A DNA stretch of 64,000 bases from the human T2T-CHM13v2.0 reference genome, Homo sapiens. Below are positions 13,372 to 24,600 of this stretch, one piece after another. The notes beneath the pieces were generated by a model. It was given only the letters and a program-made list of their open reading frames with translations. It ran no database searches and was not told the origin of the DNA. The stretch's first letter is position 1; each line of letters begins with the position of its first letter. Location of the stretch: the NCBI RefSeq assembly GCF_009914755.1, contig NC_060925.1. One strand, 5' to 3'. The position numbers and the translations under genes are program-made.

Positions 13372-16300
13372 GTGTGTATTCAACTGACAGAGTTGAACTT
13401 TCATTTAGAGAGAGCAGATTTGAAACACTGTTTTTGTGGAATTTGCAAGTGGAGATTTCAAGCGCTTTGGGGCCAAAGGCAGAAAAGGAAATATCTTCGT
13501 ATAAAAACTAGACAGAATCATTCTCAGAAACTGCTGCGTGATGTGTGCGTTCAACTCTCAGAGTTTAACTTTTCTTTTCATTCAGCGGTTTGGAAACACT
13601 CTGTTTGTAAATTCTGTACGTGGATATTTTGACCACTTAGAGGCCTTCGTTGCAAACGGGTTTTTTGCATGTAAGGCTAGACAGAAGAATTCCCAGTAAC
13701 TTCCTTGTGTTGTGTGCATTCAACTCACAGAGTTGAACGTTCCCTTAGACAGAGCAGATTTGAAACACTCTATTTGTGCAATTTGCAAGTGTAGATTTCA
13801 AGCGCTTTAAGGTCAATGGCAGAAAAGGAAATATCTTCGTTTCAAAACTAGACAGAATCATTCCCACAAACTGCGTTGTGATGTGTTCGTTCAACTCACA
13901 GAGTTTAACCTTTCTGTTCATAGAGCAGTTAGGAAACACTCTGTTTGTAAAGTCTGTAAGTGGATATTCTGACATCTTGTGGCCTTCGTTGGAAACGGGA
14001 TTTCTTCATATTCTGCTGGACAGAAGAATTCTCAGTAACTTCCTTGTGTTGTGTGTATTCAACTCACAGAGTTGAACGATCCTTTACACAGAGCAGACTT
14101 GAAACACTCTTTTTGTGGAATTTGCAAGTGGAGATTTCAGCCACTTTGAGGTCAATGGTAGAATAGGAAACATCTTCCTATAGAAAGTAGAGAGAATGAT
14201 TCTCAGAAACTCCTTTGTGATGTGTGCGTTCAACTCACAGAGTTTAACGTTTCTTTTCATAGAGCAGTTAGGAAACACTCTGTTTGTAAAGTCTGCAAGT
14301 GGATATTCAGACCTCTTTGAGGCCTTCGTTGGAAACGGGATTTCTTCATATTATGCTAGACAGAATAATTCTCAGTAACTTCCTTGTTTTGTGTGTATTC
14401 AACTCACAGAGTTGAACGATCCTTTACAGAGAGCAGACTTGAAACACTCTTTTTGTGGAATTTGCAAGTGGAGATTTCAGCCGCTTTGAGGTCAATGGTA
14501 GAATAGGAAATATCTTCCTATAGAAACTAGACAGAATGATTCTCATAAACTCCTTTGTGATGTGTGCATTCAACTCACAGAGTTTCACCTTCTTTTCATA
14601 GAGCAGTTAGGAAACACTCTGTTTGTAAAGTCTGCAAGTGGATATTCAGACCTCCTTGAGGCCTTCGTTGGAAACGGGATTTCTTCATATTCTCCTAGAC
14701 AGAAGAATTCTCAGTAACTTCCTTGTGTTGTGTGTATTCAACTCACAGAGTTGAACGATCCGTTACAGAGAGCGGACTTGAAACACTCTTTTTGTGGAAT
14801 TTGCAAGTGGAGATTTCAGCCGCTTTGAGGTCAATGGTAGAAAAGGAAATATCTTCTTATACAGACTAGACAGAATGATTCTCAGAAACTCCTTTGTGAT
14901 GTGTGCGTTCAACTCACAGAGTTTAACTTTTCTTTTCATAGAGCAGTTAGGAAACAGTCTGTTTTTAAAGTCTGCAAGTGGATATTCAGACCTCTTTGAG
15001 GCCTTCGTTGGAAACGGGATTTCTTCATATTATGCTAGACAGAATAATTCTCAGTAACTTCCTTGTGTTGTGTGTATTCAACTCACAGAGTTGAACGATC
15101 CTTTACAGAGAGCAGACTTGAAACAGTCCTTTTGTGGAATTTGCAAGTGGAGATTTCAGCCGCTTTGAGGTCAACGGTAGAATAGGAAATATCTTCCTAT
15201 AGAAACTAGAGAGAATGATTCTCATAAACTCCTTTGTGATGTGTGCATTCAACTCACAGAGTTTCACCTTTCTTTTCATAGAGCAGTTAGGAAACACTCT
15301 GTTTGTAAAGTCTGCAAGTGGATATTCAGACCTCCTTGAAGCCTTCGTTGGAAACGGGATTTCTTCATATTCTGCTAGACAGAAGAATTCTCAGTAACTT
15401 CCTTGTGTTGTGTGTATTCAACTCACAGAGTTGAACGATCCTTTACACAGAGCAGACTTGAAACACTCTTTCTGTGGAATTTGCAAGTGGAGATTTCAGC
15501 CGCTTTGAGGTCAATGGTAGAAAAGGAAACTATCTTCGTATAAAGACTAGACAGAATGATTCTCAGAAAATCCTTTGTGATGTGTGCGTTCAACTCACAG
15601 AGTTTAACTTTTCTTTTCATAGAGCAGTTAGGAAACACTCTGTTTGTAAAGTCTGCAAGTGGATATTCAGACCTCTTTGAGGCCTTCTTTGGAAAAGTTA
15701 TTTCTTCATATTATGCTAGACAGAATAATTTTCAGTAACTTCCTTGTGTTGTGTGTATTCAACTCACAGAGTTGAACGATCCTTTACACAGAGCAGACTT
15801 GAAACACTCTTTTTGTGGAATTTGCAAGTGGAGATTTTAGCCGCTTTGAGGTCAATGGTAGAAAAGGAAACTATCTTCGTATACAGACTAGACAGAATGA
15901 TTCTCAGGAACTCCTTTGTGATGTGTGCGTTCAACTCACAGAATTTAACATTTCCTTTCATAGAGCAGTTAGGAAACACTCTGTTTGTAAAGTCTGCAAG
16001 TGGATATTCAGACCTCTTTGAGGCCTTCGTTGGAAACGGGATTTCTTCATATTCTGCTAGACAGAAGAATTCTCAGTAACTTCCTTGTGTTGTGTGTATT
16101 CAACTCACAGAGTTGAACGATCCTTTCCAGAGAGCAGACTTGAAACACTCTTTTTGTGGAATTTGCAAGTGGAGATTTCAGCCGCTTTGAGGTCAATGGT
16201 AGAATAGGAAATATCTTCCTATAGAAACTAGACAGAATGATTCTCAGAAACTCCTTTGTGATGTGTGCGTTCAACTCACAGAGTTTAACTTTTCTTTTCA

Positions 16301-16771
16301 TAGAGCAGTTAGGAAACACTCTGTTTGTAAAGTCTGCAAGTGGATATTCAGACCTCTTTGAGGCCTTCGTTGGAAACGGGATTTCTTCATATTCTGCTAG
16401 ACAGAAGAATTCTCAGTAACTTCCTTGTGTTGTGTGTATTCAACTCACAGAGTTGAACGATCCTTTACACAGAGCAGACTTGAAACACTCTTTTTGTGGA
16501 ATTTGCAAGTGGAGATTTCAGCCGCTTTGAGGTCAATAGTAGAAAAGGAAATATCTTCGTAGAAAAACTAGACAGAATGATTCTCAGAAACTCCTTTGTG
16601 ATGTGTGTGTTCAACTCACAGAGTTTAACCTTTCTTTTCATAGAGCAGTTAGTAAACACTCTGTTTATAAAGTCTGCAAGTGGATATTCAGACCCCTTTG
16701 AGGCCTTCGTTGGAAACGGGATTTCTTCATATTATGCTAGACAGAAGAATTCTCAGTAACTTTCTTGTGTT
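13372..16771 (+). repeat. 20-mer HOR variant A-B-C8 (3400 bp)
   Basis: A dimers at 13372 and 16772 with one B and eight C dimers between them. Confidence 0.86.
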
Positions 16772-19700
16772 GTGTGTATTCAACTGACAGAGTTGAACTT
16801 TCATTTAGAGAGACCAGATTTGAAACACTGTTTTTGTGGAATTTGCAAGTGGAGATTTCAAGCGCTTTGGGGCCAAAGGCAGAAAAGGAAATATCTTCGT
16901 ATAAAAACTAGACAGAATCATTCTCAGAAACTGCTGCGTGATGTGTACGTTCAACTCTCAGAGTTTAACTTTTCTTTTCATTCAGCGGTTTGGAAACACT
17001 CTGTTTGTAAAGTCTGTACGTGGATATTTTGACCACTTAGAGGCCTTCGTTGCAAACGGGTTTTTTGCATGTAAGGCTACACAGAAGAATTCCCAGTAAC
17101 TTCCTTGTGTTGTGTGCATTCAACTCACAGAGTTGAACGTTCCCTTAGACAGAGCAGATTTGAAACACTCTATTTGTGCAATTTGCAAGTGTAGATTTCA
17201 AGCGCTTTAAGGTCAATGGCAGAAAAGGAAATATCTTCGTTTCAAAACTAGACAGAATCATTCCCACAAACTGCGTTGTGATGTGTTCGTTCAACTCACA
17301 GAGTTTAACCTTTCTGTTCTTAGAGCAGTTAGGAAACACTCTGTTTGTAAAGTCTGTAACTGGATATTCTGACATCTTGTGGCCTTCGTTGGAAACGGGA
17401 TTTCTTTATATTCTGCTAGACAGAAGAATTCTCAGTAACTTCCTTGTGTTCTGTGTATTCAACTCACAGAGTTGAACGATCCTTTACAGAGAGCAGACTT
17501 GAAACACTCTTTTTGTGGAATTTGCAAGTGGAGATTTCAGCCGCTTTGAGGTCAATGGTAGAATAGGAAATATCTTCCTATAGAAACTAGACAGAATGAT
17601 TCTCAGAAACTCCTTTGTGATGTGTGCGTTCAACTCACAGAGTTTAACTTTTCTTTTCATAGAGCAGTTAGGAAACACTCTGTTTGTAAAGTCTGCAAGT
17701 GGATATTCAGACCTCTTTGAGGCCTTCGTTGGAAACGGGATTTCTTCATATTCTGCTAGACAGAAGAATTCTCAGTAACTTCCTTGTGTTGTGTGTATTC
17801 AACTCACAGAGTTGAACGATCCTTTAGAGAGAGCAGACTTGAAACACTCTTTTTGTGGAATTTGCAAGTGGAGATTTCAGCCGCTTTGAGGTCAATAGTA
17901 GAAAAGGAAATATCTTCGTAGAAAAACTTGACAGAATGATTCTCAGAAACTCCTTTGTGATGTGTGTGTTCAACTCACAGAGTTTAACCTTTCTTTTCAT
18001 AGAGCAGTTAGTAAACACTCTGTTTATAAAGTCTGCAAGTGGATATTCAGACCCCTTTGAGGCCTTCGTTGGAAACGGGATTTCTTCATATTATGCTAGA
18101 CAGAAGAATTCTCAGTAACTTTCTTGTGTTGTGTGTATTCAACTGACAGAGTTGAACTTTCATTTAGAGAGACCAGATTTGAAACACTGTTTTTGTGGAA
18201 TTTGCAAGTGGAGATTTCAAGCGCTTTGGGGCCAAAGGCAGAAAAGGAAATATCTTCGTATAAAAACTAGACAGAATCATTCTCAGAAACTGCTGCGTGA
18301 TGTGTGCGTTCAACTCTCAGAGTTTAACTTTTCTTTTCATTCAGCGGTTTGGAAACACTCTGTTTGTAAAGTCTGTACGTGGATAATTTGACCACTTAGA
18401 GGCCTTCGTTGGAAACGGGTTTTTTTCATGTAAGGCTAGACAGAAGAATTCCCAGTAACTTCCTTGTGTTGTGTGCATTCAACTCACAGAGTTGAACGTT
18501 CCCTTAGACAGAGCAGATTTGAAACACTCTATTTGTGCAATTTGCAAGTGTAGATTTCAAGCGCTTTAAGGTCAATGGCAGAAAAGGAAATATCTTCGTT
18601 TCAAAACTAGACAGAATCATTCCCACAAACTGCGTTGTGATGTGTTCGTTCAACTCACAGAGTTTAACCTTTCTGTTCATAGAGCAGTTAGGAAACACTC
18701 TGTTTGTAAAGTCTGTAAGTGGATATTCTGACATCTTGTGGCCTTCGTTGGAAACGGGATTTCTTCATATTCTGCTGGACAGAAGAATTCTCAGTAACTT
18801 CCTTGTGTTGTGTGTATTCAACTCACAGAGTTGAACGATCCTTTACACAGAGCAGACTTGAAACACTCTTTTTGTGGAATTTGCAAGTGGAGATTTCAGC
18901 CGCTTTGAGGTCAATGGTAGAATAGGAAATATCTTCCTATAGAAAACAGACAGAATGATTCTCAGAAACTCCTTTGTGATGTGTGCGTTCAACTCACAGA
19001 GTTTAACGTTTCTTTTCACAGAGCAGTTAGGAAACACTCTGTTTGTAATGTCTGCAAGTGGATATTCAGACCCCTTTGAGGCCTTCGTTGGAAACGGGAT
19101 TTCTTCATATTATGCTAGACAGAATAATTCTCAGTAACTTCCTTGTTTTGTGTGTATTCAACTCACAGAGTTGAACGATCCTTTACAGAGAGCAGACTTG
19201 AAACACTCTTTTTGTGGAATTTGCAAGTGGAGATTTCAGGCGCTTTGAGGTCAATGGTAGAATAGGAAATATCTTCCTATAGAAACTAGACAGAATGATT
19301 CTCATAAACTCCTTTGTGATGTGTGCATTCAACTCACAGAGTTTCACCTTTCTTTTCATAGAGCAATTAGGAAACACTCTGTTTGTAAAGTCTGTAAGTG
19401 GATATTCTGACATCTTGTGGCCTTCGTTGGAAACGGGATTTCTTCATATTCTGCTAGACAGAAGAATTCTCAGTAACTTCTTGTGTTGTGTGTATTCAAC
19501 TCACAGAGCTGAACGATCCTTTACACAGAGCAGACTTGAAACACTCTTTTTGTGGAATTTGCAAGTGGAGATTTCAGCCGCTTTGAGGTCAATGGTAGAA
19601 AAGGAAACTATCTTCGTATAAAGACTAGACAGAATGATTATCAGAAAATCCTTTGTGATGTGTGCGTTCAACTCACAGAGTTTAACTTTTCTTTTCATAG

Positions 19701-21188
19701 AGCAGTTAGGAAACACTCTGTTTGTAAAGTCTGCAAGTGGATATTCAGACCTCTTTGAGGCCTTCGTTGGAAACGGGATTTCTTCATATTATGCTAGACA
19801 GAAGAATTCTCCCTAACTTCCTTGTGTTGTGTGTATTCAACTCACAGAGTTGAACGATCCTTTACAGAGAGCAGACTTGAAACACTCTTTTTGTGGAATT
19901 TGCAAGTGGAGATTTCAGCCGCTTTGAGGTCAATGGTAGAATAGGAAATATCTTCCTATAGAAACTAGACAGAATGATTCTCATAAACTCCTTTGTGATG
20001 TGTGCGTTCAACTCACAGAGTTTAACCTTTCTTTTCATAGAGCAGTTAGGAAACACTCTGTTTGTAAAGTCTGCAAGTCGATATTCAGACCTCTTTGAGG
20101 CCTTCGTTGGAAACGGGATTTCTTCATATTCTGCTAGACAGAAGAATTCTCAGTAACTTCCTTGTGTTGTGTGTATTCAACTCACAGTGTTGAACGATCC
20201 TTTACACAGAGCAGACTTGAAACACTCTTTTTGTGGAATTTGCAAGTGTAGATTTCAAGCGCTTTAAGGTCAATGGCAGAAAAGGAAATATCTTCGTATC
20301 AAAACTAGACAGAATCATTCCCACAAACTGCGTTGTGATGTGTTCGTCCAACTCACAGAGTTTAACCTTTCTGTTCTTAGAGCAGTTAGGAAACACTCTG
20401 TTTGTAAAGGCTGTAAGTGGATATTCTGACATCTTGTGGCCTTCGTTGGAAACGGGATTTCTTTATATTCTGCTAGACAGAAGAATTCTCAGTAACTTCC
20501 TTGTGTTGTGTGTATTCAACTCACAGAGCTGAACGATCCTTTACACGGAGCAGACTTGAAACACTCTTTTCGTGGAATTTGCAAGTGGAGATTTCAGCCG
20601 CTTTCAGGTCAATGGTAGAAAAGGAAATATCTTCGTATAAAGACTAGACAGAATGATTCTCAGAAACTCCTTTGTGATGTGTGCGTTCAACTCACAGAGT
20701 TTAACTTTCCTTTTCATAGAGCAGTTAGGAAACACTCTGTTTGTAAAGTCTGCAAGTGGATATTCAGACCTCTTTGAGGCCTTCGTTGGAAACGGGATTT
20801 CTTCTTATTATGCTAGACAGAATAATTCTCAGTAACTTCCTTGTGTTGTGTGTATTCAACTCACAGAGTTGAACGATCCTTTACAGAGAGCAGACTTGAA
20901 ACACTCTTTTTGTTGAATTTGCAAGTGGAGATTTCAGCCGCTTTGAGGTCAATGGTAGAAAAGGAAACTATCTTCGTATAAAGACTAGACAGAATGATTC
21001 TCAGAAAATCCTTTGTGATGTGTGCGTTCAACTCACAGAGTTTAACTTTTCTTTTCATAGAGCAGTTAGGAAACACTCTGTTTGTAAAGTCTGCAAGTGG
21101 ATATTCAGACCTCTTTGAGGCCTTCGTTGGAAAAGGGATTTCTTCATATTCTGCTAGACAGAAGAATTCTCAGTAACTTCCTGGTGTT
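16772..21188 (+). repeat. 8-mer (1359 bp) followed by an irregular 18-mer (3058 bp) containing two C/B hybrid dimers
   Basis: A dimers at 16772, 18131 and 21189; B-type sequence reappears at ~19395 and ~20249 without a preceding A. Confidence 0.83.
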
Positions 21189-21607
21189 GTGTGTATTCAA
21201 CTGACAGAGTTGAACTTTCATTTAGAGAGAGCAGATTTGAAACACTGTTTTTGTGGAATTTGCAAGTGGAGATTTCAAGCGCTTTGGGGCCAAAGGCAGA
21301 AAAGGAAATATCTTCGTATAAAAACTAGACAGAATCATTCTCAGAAACTGCTGCGTGATGTGTGCGTTCAACTCTCAGAGTTTAACTTTTCTTTTCATTC
21401 AGCGGTTTGGAAACACTCTGTTTGTAAAGTCTGCACGTGGATATTTTGACCACTTAGAGTTTAACCTTTCTTTTCATAGAGCAGTTAGTAAACACTCTGT
21501 TTATAAAGTCTGCAAGTGGATATTCAGACCCGTTTGAGGCCTTCGTTGGAAACGGGATTTCTTCATATTATGCTAGACAGAAGAATTCTCAGTAACTTCC
21601 TTGTGTT
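21189..21607 (+). repeat. Truncated 419 bp unit containing an out-of-register junction
   Basis: A dimers at 21189 and 21608 are only 419 bp apart; GACCACTTAGAG joins directly to TTTAACCTTTC at 21459/21460. Confidence 0.92.
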
Positions 21608-24600
21608 GTGTGTATTCAACTGACACAGTTGAACTTTCATTTAGAGAGAGCAGATTTGAAACACTGTTTTTGTGGAATTTGCAAGTGGAGATTTCAAGCG
21701 CTTTCGGGCCAAAGGCAGAAAACGAAATATCTTCGTATAAAAACTAGACAGAATCATTCTCAGAAACTGCTGCGTGATGTGTGCGTCCAACTCTCAGAGT
21801 TTAACTTTTCTTTTCATTCAGCGGTTTGGAAACACTCTGTTTGTAAAGTCTGCACGTGGATATTTTGACCACTTAGAGGCCTTCGTTGGAAACGGGTTTT
21901 TTTCATGTAAGGCTAGACAGAAGAATTCCCAGTAACTTCCTTGTGTTGTGTGCATTCAACTTACAGAGTTGAACGTTCCCTTAGACAGAGCAGATTTGAA
22001 ACACTCTATTTGTGCAATTTGCAAGTGTAGATTTCAAGCGCTTTAAGGTCAATGGCAGAAAAGGAAATATCTTCGTTTCAAAACTAGACAGAATCATTTC
22101 CACAAACTGCGTTGTGATGTGTTCGTTCAACTCACAGAGTTTAACCTTTCTGTTCATAGAGCAGTTAGGAAACACTCTGTTTGTAAAGTCTGTAAGTGGA
22201 TATTCTGACATCTTGTGGCCTTCGTTGGAAACGGGATTTCTTCATATTCTGCTAGACAGAAGAATTCTCAGTAACTTCCTTGTGTTGTGTGTATTCAACT
22301 CACAGAGTTGAACGATCCTTTACACAGAGCAGACTTGAAACACTCTTTTTGTGGAATTTGCCAGTGGAGATTTCAGCCACTTTGAGGTCAATGTTAGAAT
22401 AGGAAATATCTTCCTATAGAAACTAGACAGAATGATTCTCAGAAACTCCTTTGCGATGTGTGCGTTCAACTCACAGAGTTCAACCTTTCTTTTCATAGAG
22501 CAGTTAGGAAACACTCTGTGTGTAAAGTCTGCAAGTAGATATTCAGACCTCCTTGAGGCCTTCGTTGGAAACGGGATTTCTTCATATTCTGCTAGACAGA
22601 AGAATTCTCAGTAACTTCCTTGTGTTGTGTGTATTCAACTCACAGAGTTGAACGATCCTTTACACAGAGCAGACTTGAAACACTCTTTTTGTAGAATTTG
22701 CAACTGGAGATTTCAGCCGCTTTGAGGTCAATGGTAGAAAAGGAAATATCTTCGTATAAAGACTAGACAGAATGATTCTCAGAAACTCCTTTGTGATGTG
22801 TGCGTTCAACTCACAGAGTTTAACTTTTCTTTTCATAGAGCAGTTAGGAAACACTCTGTTTGTAAAGTCTGCAAGTGGATATTCAGACCTCTTTGAGGCC
22901 TTCGTTGGAAACGGGATTTCTTCATATTATGGTAGACAGAATAATTCTCAGTAACTTCCTTGTGTTGTGTGTATTCAACTCACAGAGTTGAACGATCCTT
23001 TACAGAGAGGAGACTTGAAACACTCTTTTTGTGGAATTTGCAAGTGGAGATTTCAGCCGCTTTGAGGTCAATGGTAGAATAGGAAATATCTTCCTATAGA
23101 AACTAGACAGAATGATTCTCAGAAACTCCTTTGTGATGTGTGCGTTCAACTCACAGAGTTTAACCTTAATTTTCATAGACCAGTTAGGAAACACTCTGTT
23201 TGTAAAGTCTGCAAGTGGATATTCAGACCTCTTTGAGGCCTTCGTTGGAAACGGGATTTCTTCATATTCTGCAAGACAGAAGAATTCTCAGTAACTTCCT
23301 TGTGTTGTGTGTATTCAACTCACAGAGTTGAACGATCCTTTACACAGAGCAGACTTGAAACACTCTTTTTGTGGAATTTGCAAGTGGAGATTTCAGCCGC
23401 TTTGAGGTCAATAGTAGAAAAGGAAATATCTTCGTAGAAAAACTAGACAGAATGATTCTCAGAAACTCCTTTCTGATGTGTGTGTTCAACTCACAGAGTT
23501 TAACCTTTCTTGTCATAGAGCAGTTAGGAAACACTCTGTTTATAAAGTCTGCAAGTGGATATTCAGACCCCTTTGTGGCCTTCGTTGGAAACGGGATTTC
23601 TTCATATTATGCTAGACAGAAGAATTCTCAGTAACTTCCTTGTGTTGTGTGTATTCAACTGACAGAGTTGAACATTCATTTAGAGAGAGCAGATTTGAAA
23701 CACTGTTTTTGTGGAATTTGCAAGTGTAGATTTCAAGCGCTTTGGGGCCAAAGGCAGAAAAGGAAATATCTTCGTATAAAAACTAGACAGAATCATTCTC
23801 AGAAACTGCTGCGTGATGTGTGCGTTCAACTCTCAGAGTTTAACTTTTCTTTTCATTCAGCGGTTTGGAAACACTCTGTTTGTAAAGTCTGCACGTGGAT
23901 ATTTTGACCACTTAGAGGCCTTCGTTGGAAACGGGTTTTTTTCATGTAAGGCTAGACAGAAGAATTCCCAGTAACTTCCTTGTGTTGTGTGCATTCAACT
24001 CACAGAGTTGAACGTTCCCTTAGACAGAGCAGATTTGAAACACTCTATTTGTGCAATTTGCAAGTGTAGATTTCAAGCGCTTTAAGGTCAATGGCAGAAA
24101 AGGAAATATCTTCGTTTCAAAACTAGACAGAATCATTCCCACAAACTGCGTTGTGATGTGTTCGTTCAACTCACAGAGTTTAACCTTTCTGTTCATAGAG
24201 CAGTTAGGAAACACTCTGTTTGTAAAGTCTGTAAGTGGATATTCTGACATCTTGTGGCCTTCGTTGGAAACGGGATTTCTTCATATTATGCTAGACAGAA
24301 GAATTCTCAGTAATTTCCTTGTGTTGTGTGTATTCAACTCACAGAGTTGAACGATCCTTTACACAGAGCAGACTTGAAACACTCTTTTTGTGGAATTTGC
24401 CAGTGGAGATTTCAGCCACTTTGAGGTCAATGTTAGAATAGGAAATATCTTCCTATAGAAACTAGACAGAATGATTCTGAGAAACTCCTTTGTGATGTGT
24501 GCGTTCAGCTCACAGAGTTCAACCTTTCTTTTCATAGAGCAGTTAGGAAACACTCTGTGTGTAAAGTCTGCAAGTGGATATTCAGACCTCCTTGAGGCCT

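Noticed and set aside
21377-21538. Simple 79 bp tandem duplication as the explanation of the phase shift
   Set aside because: The second 79 bp segment has C-terminal-subtype bases (ATAGAGCAGTTAGTA, TTATAAAG, CAGACCC), not the A-type bases of the first, so it is a junction between different dimers.
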